IMG/VR virus record: IMGVR_UViG_3300007514_000009
Coordinates: 1-59,180 of that record
Direction: 5' to 3' (one strand)
Length of the DNA stretch: 59,180 bases
Source of the DNA: a virus
Taxonomy: Duplodnaviria > Caudoviricetes
Below, piece by piece: positions 1 to 9,965 of this stretch. The first letter of the stretch is position 1. The number at the start of each line of letters is the position of its first letter. Made by a program: the position numbers and the translations under genes. Below the pieces are notes generated by a model. The model ran no database searches, was not told the origin of the DNA, and saw only the letters and a program-made list of their open reading frames with translations.

Positions 1-5
1 GGAGA

Positions 6-1373
6 GTGGCTCAAATGAGCATGAAAATCCGTAAGATAAGCGGCAATCCCCGTGATATTGGCAACATATGGAGGCCGAGGACGCAGGAGATGACTGGGGG
101 GTTCAATCCCCGTGAGATGGGTAATTATGGTGATTTAGATGTCAATCCGAATGAAAATGCCGACGGGCTTTCTCACCATACTCGTCAAACGCCTGAAGAT
201 GGCGAAAGCACCGATCAGCGAAACCCCAAACTGCGACGAGATAAAGCATTGAGAGAATTGATACCGGGGCTTAGACACATTAGCATCCGCCCAGAAGATA
301 TGGATAGTGCCACAGATAGAAGCCCTATGATGGAATCTGAGAATAAATTGCTTGAATCGGGTCTGGGTGTGGATTTGGGGGCCAATGGCCTATCCTTAGC
401 GGCAGGGGCCAATGTCGGCACGGTTCGCAGCGGCACTCCGCACGTTAGTTATGGTCATCCTTCTCGTGGGCGCATGATGGTTCGCACAAGTTATGATGTT
501 GTATTCTCTGATATACTGAAAGGCCGGAGGAAATACAAAGGCAGACGGTATCAAGGGGACGAGGATAGTGAGGACGATGAGCGAAAATCCAAAGCGAAGA
601 AAAAACGGGAACGACGACGAAAAGGAAAGAAGGGGAAGAAAGCCGGTGGAAAACACCAGTCAAGTGGAGGACGAGAAATCAAGTCAAAATCTAAGCGTCG
701 AGCCGCATCTGCACGACGGCAACTCCTCGCTTCTGCACGACGACAATCGTTCCACCCCAACGTCCATAGCATTCCGTTGAGAATGCGTGGTTCCACGATG
801 TCTGAGGGGATTCCTCTTAGAATCAGAGATCCTGTTGCATGGCAACGCAAACTGGCCAATGAGCGAGATAGGAGAAGCGAAGGGGCTATGCCGCGAGGGA
901 TGACTCACCACAGGTCATCTGAGGCTGGCGTCCATCAGGGGGCTACGAGAGGGAGTGTAATAGGGGGCAGAAAGGGCAGAAGCGCAAAACTCCCCTCCTC
1001 TGTAAAGGTCGGGACGAGCATGAGAGCAGGAGCCTCCGCTGACCGTATGACTGCTGATGCAATAGGCGACCCATTAGGGACTTCTGATTACTTGACTGTT
1101 AAATCGGAGGTTATATCCAAGAAAAAGCACGGATTGACGCGCACCGAACTTATCGCTTTCAAGAATAAGGTCGAGAGAATGCTGAAGTTAATCGAGAAAC
1201 TTACAAAATCATCTCCAGAGTTAGAATGGGAGGCAAAGCGAGGGGGTCAAGCCAGTGAGGACAGAGCATCTGCTCCTATTGGCCCTTGCACCTTGAATGA
1301 GGAGATGAAAGCCGCATATCTCTTTGATGATACATCACTCGCTATACACGCAGGGTTAGCCAGTAAGAGGTGA
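6..1373 (+). CDS. Arg/Lys-rich, largely disordered protein (455 aa); putative internal head/DNA-binding protein
   Basis: Long ORF with a GTG start at the window edge, so the start is uncertain. It has a highly basic tract (KKKRERRRKGKKGKK) and several hydrophobic-x-K-[SG] sites (ILKG, TVKS, LTKS). An AGGTGA SD-like sequence at its end precedes the next gene. Confidence 0.75.
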   Translation: MAQMSMKIRKISGNPRDIGNIWRPRTQEMTGGFNPREMGNYGDLDVNPNENADGLSHHTRQTPEDGESTDQRNPKLRRDKALRELIPGLRHISIRPEDMDSATDRSPMMESENKLLESGLGVDLGANGLSLAAGANVGTVRSGTPHVSYGHPSRGRMMVRTSYDVVFSDILKGRRKYKGRRYQGDEDSEDDERKSKAKKKRERRRKGKKGKKAGGKHQSSGGREIKSKSKRRAASARRQLLASARRQSFHPNVHSIPLRMRGSTMSEGIPLRIRDPVAWQRKLANERDRRSEGAMPRGMTHHRSSEAGVHQGATRGSVIGGRKGRSAKLPSSVKVGTSMRAGASADRMTADAIGDPLGTSDYLTVKSEVISKKKHGLTRTELIAFKNKVERMLKLIEKLTKSSPELEWEAKRGGQASEDRASAPIGPCTLNEEMKAAYLFDDTSLAIHAGLASKR

Positions 1374-1377
1374 TTGG

Positions 1378-3219
1378 ATGACATGGTTCCTCGATATGGA
1401 TCACTTTAGTATCTCAAAATCTGTTGTAGTGGCTGATATAGACAACCTCATCGCGGCTATTCTTGGCATACAGGGGCCAGCCACTGCTGAAGCATTGGCA
1501 CAGATAACCCCCGGCCTTCATCATCCAATGCAGGATTTTGAAGGGCAGGAGATGAATCCGTATGAGGCAGATGCCGTCGAAATGGCCATCAGAACTGGGC
1601 ATCTCGCAGAACATTATGCTAAGATAATCCATAGTGGGCCGGGAACGCAGGGATACGAACAGGCCGTTCAAGAGGCATTGATGATTGGGCGGCCAATGGT
1701 TAATCATGCGGCACAGGAGCAGAATCGGTTGAACCAAGACAAGTTCAATCCCGCCCCTGTGCCATTCAGGGCCGATGGCTCTTTAGATCCCGCATATCAA
1801 CAAACAGTAGTTTCATCTCTCGCAAAACAAACTGGCATTAGAGGCCGCGGGCGCAGTGATACATCTTTCAACCCATTCGACCCCGAAACTGGACAAGTAG
1901 TCACTCATCTGGTGAGCGGATATAGTCACGGAAATATCGAAGGATATTCACGATGGTATGAACCCGCTGCGAAACAGTTGGGTTATATCGAGAAGAAATG
2001 GAATAAGAAAACCGGAAAAGAATTGGGGCAACGGCGGTGGTTGATTCCAGCCCATTATGTCCATCGGAACCTCATAAGCATAAATGACCGGAATATGCTA
2101 TCGAGAGTTGGTGAGATGGTTAAGGGCTTTCAAGAACAAGGATACACCCATGAGCAAATCAAGCAAGGAGTCCTTGATGACCCTCTGATATACCATTACA
2201 CGCATCAAAGCCAACACGATCCTTCTTCGACTCATGGTCGGAATGGCCGTAAGGCAGGGGAGGCGCAGATGATTAGAGAAACACCACCCGAAGGCGTGGA
2301 AGATCAGATTACAGGGCCGGATGGCAGTATAATCCACCCCAATATGCGAGAAAGCAACTTCTGGCAGTGGCTTACTGCCCCGAAGGGGGCCGTCGGGGGG
2401 CAGAGGGAATACTCAAACCCAAAACTCAACGGAGGGATTTCACAGGCTCTGCAACAACATCATGGATGGACGCCAGAGGAGGTGAAGATGGTCTTTGACA
2501 GAGCAAGGCCGACGAAGGCCAATGGAGGCACGATGCCCGGTAGGAATGTGCGTGAGCGCATTCTCGCTTCGATATACCATCACGAGATGAGAGATGGAGT
2601 TGCACCTCAGTGGTATCAGGGGCAACATTTTGAGCATATACCGCAACAACCAGCCGCACAACCCACTGCACCCCCTCCGACTATTGCTCAACCGCCCGTT
2701 TCTGCGCCTCCGACCTCCGTTTATGCTCCTCCTGCCCCTGTTTCCGCGCCTCCTGCCCCTGTTTCGGCCCCTTTGCCGCCCGATCCGCGTCAGATGACTA
2801 CTCCATCTCAAGAACGATTATTCGGTATAACATCAAATAGCCCCCCTGCCTCTGCTCGTTCCGTTATACCGCGGGGGAAGGGGGAACAAACAAGAATGTC
2901 AAGGCTGGCAGAACTGTTAGGCCGCCTCTCCGCATCGGACATTTTTCACCGTTCGGACGAATATCGCCCTGTGATCGAGGAATACATCGAAGATGTGCAA
3001 ATGGAACTCGCAAAGGCGGTTATAGAGGACAAATTACCAATCAAGAAGATGGAGGTCGAGTCCCCATATGACGTGGCTATACTCTCAAGTCAGATTCAGA
3101 AACCATCAAGTGCGGTTATTGCGATATACCACACTCGTGGTGACTGGCGGAATATCGCCAAAACATTCGGCGTTCCGCATGACTCAGTGCAATTAGTGAA
3201 GGTGTCTTTACATGGATGA
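1378..3219 (+). CDS. Hypothetical protein (613 aa) with a Pro-rich linker and a C-terminal HTH-like segment
   Basis: Long ORF with an SD (ggtga) upstream. PAPVSAPP repeats lie at about 2640-2790. The C-terminal WRNIAKTFGVPHDSVQLVK resembles a helix-turn-helix. Confidence 0.8.
   Translation: MTWFLDMDHFSISKSVVVADIDNLIAAILGIQGPATAEALAQITPGLHHPMQDFEGQEMNPYEADAVEMAIRTGHLAEHYAKIIHSGPGTQGYEQAVQEALMIGRPMVNHAAQEQNRLNQDKFNPAPVPFRADGSLDPAYQQTVVSSLAKQTGIRGRGRSDTSFNPFDPETGQVVTHLVSGYSHGNIEGYSRWYEPAAKQLGYIEKKWNKKTGKELGQRRWLIPAHYVHRNLISINDRNMLSRVGEMVKGFQEQGYTHEQIKQGVLDDPLIYHYTHQSQHDPSSTHGRNGRKAGEAQMIRETPPEGVEDQITGPDGSIIHPNMRESNFWQWLTAPKGAVGGQREYSNPKLNGGISQALQQHHGWTPEEVKMVFDRARPTKANGGTMPGRNVRERILASIYHHEMRDGVAPQWYQGQHFEHIPQQPAAQPTAPPPTIAQPPVSAPPTSVYAPPAPVSAPPAPVSAPLPPDPRQMTTPSQERLFGITSNSPPASARSVIPRGKGEQTRMSRLAELLGRLSASDIFHRSDEYRPVIEEYIEDVQMELAKAVIEDKLPIKKMEVESPYDVAILSSQIQKPSSAVIAIYHTRGDWRNIAKTFGVPHDSVQLVKVSLHG
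2694..2775 (+). repeat. Imperfect tandem repeat encoding PVSAPP/PAPVSAP
   Basis: cccgtttctgcgcctcc / cctgcccctgtttccgcgcctcctgcccctgtttcggccc. Confidence 0.7.
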
Positions 3220-4114
3220 TATGATTTTAGCCGCACGGCTGTTTGAGAAGGGCGATATGACTCAGAAAGCGTATATCCCTCAACTTAGAGGCGGTTCTGG
3301 TCTTATGGAATATGGCAAGAATCTCGCTACTGGTGCGGCGAGGAACGTAGTGGGAGCGGTGCGAGACAAGTTAGACCCGCTCGCGGAGCAGGGTCAAAGG
3401 GCGCGGCATCCCGGTTTGCCAGCCGAAGGCGCACCACTCCCTAACACTCCTTCACAGGCGGCGAATCTTGCAGCCATAGACCCATCACGGGTAGCCGCAC
3501 CACCCACACCGGCCGCAACTGCCCCTGTGAATCAACCCGTTGGAGGGCCACAGCAAGACACCAATAATGATGGGCAACTTACAGCCGATGATACTCAGGA
3601 GCGAACTATGAACACAGAGGTGAAGCAGACGCTCGCACCCGATGGTTCTGTGGATACCACTCAAACTACTCACACTACAACAGATAAGAATGCAGATGGA
3701 TTGGATGATACCACTGGTCAGCCAGTCAATTCGCCCGACCCTAATACCAATGCTACACCCACACCTACTACACCAGCGGCCAAACCCGCTACACCGGCCA
3801 AACCGACAGCGACTCAGAATATGGCTGGAAGGCAACAGGTGGCTAACGCTCAGAAACTAACCGAAACGGGTCACGGGGGGTTGTTGGCCAACATAGCGGG
3901 GTTCGGATTACCTGCAATGTATGGTGCGTATCAACGCCGTAAGGGACACAAACAATTAGCAAATCTGGCCGCAGGGGCTGGTGGGCAAACAAATGCCAAT
4001 ATGATTCGTGCTGACGGAACGGAGTTCTTGGACGATTACTGGAATCTCCAGAAAGCCAGAATGGAGGCCCGTGAGCGAGGAACCACGGAGGCCATTCGCA
4101 ATGCCTACCGATGA
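3212..4114 (+). CDS. Hypothetical Pro/Thr/Gln-rich protein (300 aa), possible internal/ejected virion protein
   Basis: ORF overlaps the previous stop. It has a disordered centre and a Gly/Ala hydrophobic patch (GGLLANIAGFGLPAMYGA), with FEKG and LQKA sites near the two ends. Confidence 0.75.
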   Translation: MDDMILAARLFEKGDMTQKAYIPQLRGGSGLMEYGKNLATGAARNVVGAVRDKLDPLAEQGQRARHPGLPAEGAPLPNTPSQAANLAAIDPSRVAAPPTPAATAPVNQPVGGPQQDTNNDGQLTADDTQERTMNTEVKQTLAPDGSVDTTQTTHTTTDKNADGLDDTTGQPVNSPDPNTNATPTPTTPAAKPATPAKPTATQNMAGRQQVANAQKLTETGHGGLLANIAGFGLPAMYGAYQRRKGHKQLANLAAGAGGQTNANMIRADGTEFLDDYWNLQKARMEARERGTTEAIRNAYR

Positions 4115-5645
4115 CTTATTTGAAGCCGCGTGGGAGGCTGTGTATGATGTCGAAAAGGGATTTTTCGATGATTTCAAGGCCGCAAGGCAGCATTACAACA
4201 CGCAGAGAGTCGCGCAGGACGCACACAACAGAGTATATGCCAATGCACTCCAGCAATTATGGAGAGAGAAAGCCCCCGGCCTCCCTACTATGGATGAGTA
4301 TCGGGCCGCCTTGCACAACGATGCGCTTTACCCAGAATCGGCACAAATAACAGAGGACGACTCCCCAGACGACTCCCCAGACGACCCTCCAATGGGCGTG
4401 GAACAAGCATTACAGATTCTCGCACCGGATCCACCCGAAGGTGTCGTAGTGCCGGATGTTGATGAGATAGTCGTGCCAAAAGAGGCCGAACAAATTAGTG
4501 AGCCTCCGGTGGAAACGGGCGAATCAACCCCTCCATCAGAGCGTATAACAGAACAAATCAGTAAGCCTCCAAAACCGCCTGAAGGCGCAACGGCTCCAGA
4601 GCCGGGTGATATTGTTGATACGACTGAAACCCTGCCTGAATCTGAGCCGGAGCCACTTGATGATGATGCGACCCCTACGAATGAATCGGAATTAGATGAT
4701 TTTGCCGAAGAAGTTGCAGGTCAGCCCAGACCGACAGAGCAAACGGGCTTTCAATTCCCAACGTCGCAAGACAAATTGACTGGCCATAAGCACAAAGGAG
4801 GTCTGAGACAAGCCCAGACGAGTCTCACTGATTCGCCAATGGAGGCATTACAACACGCAGAGAAAGTCCCTTTGATGGATGTTCAAGGCAATCCTGTCAA
4901 AATGGGCAAACGGACTGGTTGGTATGCTCGTATGAGTAAATCCGGCAGAGGTGTGGAGGTGTTCAACGAAGCAGAACCAAAGGAGGCATGGCCAGTTGAG
5001 GATGTTATGAGGACTGCTGGTGTGACTAATCAGTGGGGCAGCCCTGTGAATCTTCCAAGTGGCACACCCCAATTACCCACAAAGAAAATCGGCCCTGCAA
5101 CAAGCGGGAATTGGATTCATCCCGCCAAAAGAAAAGCGAAACATATGCAGGATCATTCAACAAGAGGTATGACCGAAATGCGCGATGGAGAACGGGTATT
5201 AGGAGAAGCAGGGCTGAAGGAGATGGATAAGCGACGGAGAGCCGTGGAGAGTGAAACCCGAAACCGGAAACCCGTAGGAACGGGCGTCTATTATCCAATG
5301 CCCGGAACCTATGCATTAGATCGAAAAACGGGCGAGAAGATCGCAAGCGAATCAATGGCTGTGGATGATGCATGGACTGTTGTGAAGAACCCTCACGCTA
5401 ATCCATTCACTGATTTCAATAGTGTTCTTGCTATCAATGAGCAGAAACCGCCCGAAAGAGCATTTACACCCTCAGACCCAATAATCATGAAGGAGGAAAC
5501 GCCGTTGCAGAAACTCAGACAGAATGGATTTGATATGAATCAGGGCGATAATTTGTCGTTATTGCCGTCCAATATGCTTCTGGATGAGGATATGGGGATA
5601 CAGGATAATATGAGTCTGCTACCTACGGGGTGGCGGAATGAGTGA
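4101..5645 (+). CDS. Acidic/Pro-rich protein (~514 aa) carrying the FxxAW..K motif at the N-terminus and internally
   Basis: The ATG at 4101 follows GGAGG (4087-4091) and is preferred over the track start at 4008. N-terminus is MPTDDLFEAAWEAVYDVEKG; internal AVDDAWTVVKN lies at about 5358-5390. Confidence 0.8.
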   Translation: MPTDDLFEAAWEAVYDVEKGFFDDFKAARQHYNTQRVAQDAHNRVYANALQQLWREKAPGLPTMDEYRAALHNDALYPESAQITEDDSPDDSPDDPPMGVEQALQILAPDPPEGVVVPDVDEIVVPKEAEQISEPPVETGESTPPSERITEQISKPPKPPEGATAPEPGDIVDTTETLPESEPEPLDDDATPTNESELDDFAEEVAGQPRPTEQTGFQFPTSQDKLTGHKHKGGLRQAQTSLTDSPMEALQHAEKVPLMDVQGNPVKMGKRTGWYARMSKSGRGVEVFNEAEPKEAWPVEDVMRTAGVTNQWGSPVNLPSGTPQLPTKKIGPATSGNWIHPAKRKAKHMQDHSTRGMTEMRDGERVLGEAGLKEMDKRRRAVESETRNRKPVGTGVYYPMPGTYALDRKTGEKIASESMAVDDAWTVVKNPHANPFTDFNSVLAINEQKPPERAFTPSDPIIMKEETPLQKLRQNGFDMNQGDNLSLLPSNMLLDEDMGIQDNMSLLPTGWRNE

Positions 5646-7053
5646 GGGCGTCCTTCAACTAACCAGTAAAGTCGATTTCGACATGGGGAAGCGCGATTTT
5701 CGATTCTTCTTTGAGGACATATGTGGCTTTCAATTGACGCCTTTTCACAAAGAGTGGTTCGACAATTCCGAGTCGAATAACAAAATCTGTATCATAGCCA
5801 GCCGTGACCACGGCAAATCAGTATTCTTCAGAGTCTATATCCTATGGAAGATGGCGTATAACCCCGGAACAGAGGTTCTATTCTTCAGTCACAGCCAACA
5901 TCAGTCCATAGACCATATGGGCAAGATGGATGAGTTGATTATGACAACACCCGCGTTGGCTCATCTCAAACCTGCTCGTGGTTGGGCTAAACAATTATTC
6001 CGATTCACCAACAAGTCCTCCATCCGCGCTATGTCTATCGGCAAAGCGGTTCGTGGGGCGCACCCTGACATAGTGGTGCTTGACGATATACTGTCCAGTG
6101 AAGCCGATACTCAACTCAAGTCGATATCGACGTGGTTTTACACCGCACTGCTACCCGTTCTTCACCACTCTGCCCAGTTATGTGTAGTGGGGACTCCGTT
6201 CTCATTTACAGATCTCTATTCCGAATTGAGGGGTTTGAATGGGTATTGCGTCAATGAGTATCCTGCAATTAACGAAGAAACAGGTGATTGCTTATGGCCT
6301 GAAAGATGGAACTTGGACGCATTGAACGTGAGAAGGGGCGAAATGACCTCCATTGCATTTACTCGTGAATATCTGTGCAAACCCATAGCCAGTGAATCCA
6401 GTCTATTCCCAGAGGAGATGCTTGAATTGGCAAAGGACGATTCGATGGCACTGTCCTATTATCCTGTTTCAGATGAATCATTGAATTATTACGTTGGTTG
6501 GGATCCTGCAATAAGCGCAGATAGAAGGGCGGACTATACTTGCATGATGGTTATAGCGATGGACGAGAATCGGCACAAACGCATCGTTCATGTCCATCAT
6601 GAGAAAGGGATGGATTTCAATTCACAGATAGACAAGATAATCGAACTCAATGCCCGATTCAACCCCGTTATAATCGAATTGGAAACTAACAACTTTGCTA
6701 TGGCATTCAATCAAGTATTGAGAGAAATCAGTGATTTGCCCATTAAGCCATTCAATATGAATCGTATGAAGAAGGAAGCATTGATTCATTCGCTTCAACT
6801 TCATTTTGAACAGAAACATCTCGCTATTCCGTTCTTGGATGAAGGTTCCACGAAGCGTCATATGACGGCCCTTATGTCTGAATTATCTTACTTCACGATG
6901 CTCGATAATGGTAAGATGGAAAGCCTCGGAGCGCACGATGATATGGTAATCGCGCTCGCACTTGCTGTGCAAGCCACGAAGGAGTATCGAGAGAATATAG
7001 TTATCCTCGACGGTGCGGTCTGGCAAAAGCGATTAGGGTGGTCAGATGCATAG
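5638..7053 (+). CDS. terL: Terminase large subunit
   Basis: Walker A-like ASRDHGKS, Walker B IVVLDD, coupling motif VVGTP, FTREYLC, RNase H-like nuclease YVGWDPA and C-terminal HDDMVIALALA. Confidence 0.96.
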   Translation: MSEGVLQLTSKVDFDMGKRDFRFFFEDICGFQLTPFHKEWFDNSESNNKICIIASRDHGKSVFFRVYILWKMAYNPGTEVLFFSHSQHQSIDHMGKMDELIMTTPALAHLKPARGWAKQLFRFTNKSSIRAMSIGKAVRGAHPDIVVLDDILSSEADTQLKSISTWFYTALLPVLHHSAQLCVVGTPFSFTDLYSELRGLNGYCVNEYPAINEETGDCLWPERWNLDALNVRRGEMTSIAFTREYLCKPIASESSLFPEEMLELAKDDSMALSYYPVSDESLNYYVGWDPAISADRRADYTCMMVIAMDENRHKRIVHVHHEKGMDFNSQIDKIIELNARFNPVIIELETNNFAMAFNQVLREISDLPIKPFNMNRMKKEALIHSLQLHFEQKHLAIPFLDEGSTKRHMTALMSELSYFTMLDNGKMESLGAHDDMVIALALAVQATKEYRENIVILDGAVWQKRLGWSDA

Positions 7054-8296
7054 AGATTACCTCATACCAATGCAAGGCATTGAAAGCCTCGCTGACTCGC
7101 TGTATAAACTGAATGAGGAGGAGCAATTGGCCGCCGACGAAACAAGGATGGCCCAAGAGCGGCTTACAGCAGCGCAAGAAAAGCAGCGAAACGCCGCCCA
7201 AAAGCCAGTTGATACTCGTCAAGATGCAGATATAGAGGGGATGGATATGGAAGGAAGTGGCCCCCCGACGGATCAAGAAGGCACGACTCTGCCCCCAGAA
7301 GCCCCATTACCTCCATTCCAGCGTTCATGGTTCATTGAAAACTTCGGAGTCACAGGGAGCGAATTGACGGAGATTTTAGTCAAAGCCAATGATTTAGTGA
7401 CTTTGGATGCTATTCAGCCCCTGCTTAGACTGGAAAAAGAGGCGATACTCGCGCACTTTGTCGGTGTCTCTCCTTCTTTGGTGAATGATTTGCCGATGAC
7501 AGATAAGGATTACGACGCATTGAATAAGAATGCAGAGCGGTTGGATTTGCCGTTTAGGAGATTCGTCAAGTGTTGGACTTCTTCGGATGACGGGGGTAAG
7601 GCAGATGCAGAGAGTTTGTGGCGCACTACTATTGACAAATCTGAACGCTTGTCTAATAGAGAACGGAATATACTGCTCAAATGCAAAGTCATTCTCGACC
7701 AAAGAGGTGCTTTGAACGCCCAGACACTAAAATCATATGGCGTTCAAGCCAGTCCTGCCGAGATATCATCACTCATCAAATCACATGGTTTCCTATACGA
7801 TATCATATCAGTAGGCCAATTTAGCAAATCAGTAGGCCGTGGGCTATTCTATGACGTGAGAAGGCGTGAGGTATTGCTCAAAGATGCAGATCGTTTCATA
7901 GCCGGATTGATAGAAAACAACAGTATATTCAAGATGGACGCACGTTTCTATCCTCGACTTGAAGTAAGATTTGCAGCCCCTACTGCATCATGGTATGCTT
8001 CGGCTCTTAAGCGAGAAATGGGAGTTGAGAACATCAAAACTCAAGGGATGAATCTTATCTTTGAGGGAGAACAAGCAGTTTTGAAGGCATTGGAAGTATC
8101 TATGCCTCATCTTAATGGCAATTCGCCCGATGCCACAAGGATGCTGAAAGCGTTGCAGGGTGATGAAAATGCACTCATTATTGTAGCATATGACTCCTCT
8201 AAACCGGAAGATAGGAGCCGAATACTACGAAAACACAATATCTCAACCGATGACTTGGAAAACATACGAGAGGAGGTGATGGCTGTTGGCAGTTGA
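7046..8296 (+). CDS. Protein with an acidic N-terminus, a wHTH-like middle and a degenerate LAGLIDADG-fold C-terminal domain
   Basis: FIAGLIENNSIF...PRLEVRF...ALKREMGV...VLKALEVSMPHL follows the LAGLIDADG domain pattern but lacks the DADG. The gene is coupled between terL and the portal. Confidence 0.7.
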   Translation: MHRDYLIPMQGIESLADSLYKLNEEEQLAADETRMAQERLTAAQEKQRNAAQKPVDTRQDADIEGMDMEGSGPPTDQEGTTLPPEAPLPPFQRSWFIENFGVTGSELTEILVKANDLVTLDAIQPLLRLEKEAILAHFVGVSPSLVNDLPMTDKDYDALNKNAERLDLPFRRFVKCWTSSDDGGKADAESLWRTTIDKSERLSNRERNILLKCKVILDQRGALNAQTLKSYGVQASPAEISSLIKSHGFLYDIISVGQFSKSVGRGLFYDVRRREVLLKDADRFIAGLIENNSIFKMDARFYPRLEVRFAAPTASWYASALKREMGVENIKTQGMNLIFEGEQAVLKALEVSMPHLNGNSPDATRMLKALQGDENALIIVAYDSSKPEDRSRILRKHNISTDDLENIREEVMAVGS

Positions 8297-9965
8297 TGAA
8301 AAGAGAATGGAACGGCTATTCTCAGCCATTGGAATGGATATGGAGCGTCATAGCACTCCTATCCCTTCTATGCCTCTATTCACTGCTGGTGTCCAAGAGC
8401 CTCCTTTGCTTCAAGGGATTACCATTCCTGCTCTTTATGCTGCTGCCTATGAGTGCATGGTTTTACGCTCGATTCTTCAGCATTTATCTGTTGAAACATT
8501 CCGAAAGGGATGGGATTGGAAGGCGAAGTTTGTAGTAAGGTGTAAGGGGTGCGAACAGGAATACCAGCAACAGGTCGATGAATGCAAATCATGTGGTGGC
8601 GAGGTGAGGAAGGCAGATCGTGGCCAGATAGAGTATGCCGAAGGAGTATTGAACAACAATAACCGAATGACTCAGACTTTCATAGATATCCTCAGAGAAG
8701 TGGAGATGGATTTGAACATAGTCGATGATGCGTATCTCGTATTGACGAAGGAATACTTCGTTGATCCCGATTCCAAGAAACCGATGTTCTTCAGAATCAG
8801 GGAGGTATCGAGAGCAGACCCTATATTCATGCGTATTATGTCTGATAAGCGGGGAATAAGAGGCGGAACCCAATATACGAGCCTCATAGACCGTTCTTAC
8901 AGAACAAGTGACCCCACGAAGGCTTGCCCGATTTCAGGGATGCCTGTCGTCCCTATCCATTACATCAATCTCGCGGGCGTAGGTAATGGGCAAGTCTATA
9001 CTGAAGGTGAAATTATCCACATTAGTAAGTGGTCGCCATCGAAACTGTATGGGCGTAGTCCTGTCGCTACCATGTGGCGGCAAGTGAATACACTCATCGC
9101 TATGGATAACTATGTCTATTCTGCATATCAGAAGCGCAGAATGCCTCGTGGAGTCATGGTAATCAAATCATCCAATATGGAAACAGTTGAGAGGACAGCG
9201 AGGAACATTCAGGAGCATCTTGAGCGTGACCCTAACTACATCCCGACTATCGGTGTCGAAACCGAGTCTGGTCGAGGTGGGCTTGAGTATGTCCGTATGA
9301 TGGATACGCTTGAGGAACTCCAATATATCCCTATCAAAGACGACATTCGTCAGCGTATATCGGCATTCTATGGTGTATCTAACGTGTTCATGAATGATGT
9401 TTCAGGCGGCGGCTTGAATAATGAGGGTATGCAGATTGTAGTCAGTAATAGGTCGATTTCATACTCTCAATCAGTGTATAACAGGCTTGCATTCCCTCAA
9501 TTACTGGACGCATTCGGCATAACTGAATGGGAAATCACATTGACTCCTCATGAGGAGGAGGATGAAATCATGCAACTACGCCGCGATGAGATGGCTATCC
9601 GCAACATGATGCAGATGAAGCAGTCTGGTTATGAGGCGAAACTGCGCGATCAGATAGACGATAAGTATCTCACATTCGACTTCAGGGAACCAACTGAGGA
9701 AGAAGTGGAGGCGGCGAAGCAAGAGCAGATGGCCGCAGAGGCGGCTAAGGGTGGAGGTGGAGGCGCACCTCCGGCGGCTCCCGTTCAGAAATCTGATGAA
9801 CCATGTCCGACCTGTGGAAAAGAGATTAAACCCCATAATCAATGGCCGTGTGCTTGCTACACAGGATGGCGAGAAACAGCAGATTGCCCGAAATGTAAGA
9901 CTGAGGAAGATGTCGCCACTCTCGATGAGTTTGGCGGTATGTGTGAAGATTGCAGGGGTGAATAG
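8286..9965 (+). CDS. Portal protein with a Zn-ribbon insertion and a C-terminal Cys-rich extension
   Basis: Position after terL. Portal-like motifs EIIHI..W.PSKLYGRSPV, MPRGVMVI and IRQRISAFYGV. The TTG start lies 6 nt after a GGAGGTGA SD. CKGC..CKSC insertion. Confidence 0.93.
   Translation: MAVDEKRMERLFSAIGMDMERHSTPIPSMPLFTAGVQEPPLLQGITIPALYAAAYECMVLRSILQHLSVETFRKGWDWKAKFVVRCKGCEQEYQQQVDECKSCGGEVRKADRGQIEYAEGVLNNNNRMTQTFIDILREVEMDLNIVDDAYLVLTKEYFVDPDSKKPMFFRIREVSRADPIFMRIMSDKRGIRGGTQYTSLIDRSYRTSDPTKACPISGMPVVPIHYINLAGVGNGQVYTEGEIIHISKWSPSKLYGRSPVATMWRQVNTLIAMDNYVYSAYQKRRMPRGVMVIKSSNMETVERTARNIQEHLERDPNYIPTIGVETESGRGGLEYVRMMDTLEELQYIPIKDDIRQRISAFYGVSNVFMNDVSGGGLNNEGMQIVVSNRSISYSQSVYNRLAFPQLLDAFGITEWEITLTPHEEEDEIMQLRRDEMAIRNMMQMKQSGYEAKLRDQIDDKYLTFDFREPTEEEVEAAKQEQMAAEAAKGGGGGAPPAAPVQKSDEPCPTCGKEIKPHNQWPCACYTGWRETADCPKCKTEEDVATLDEFGGMCEDCRGE

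Noticed and set aside
4357-4390. 12-bp tandem gacgactcccca repeat
   Set aside because: Only about 2.5 copies encoding DDSP in a disordered linker; ordinary slippage.
7046-8296. Active homing endonuclease, intron or intein
   Set aside because: The catalytic motif is degenerate, there are no intein splice motifs, and terL and the portal are uninterrupted.
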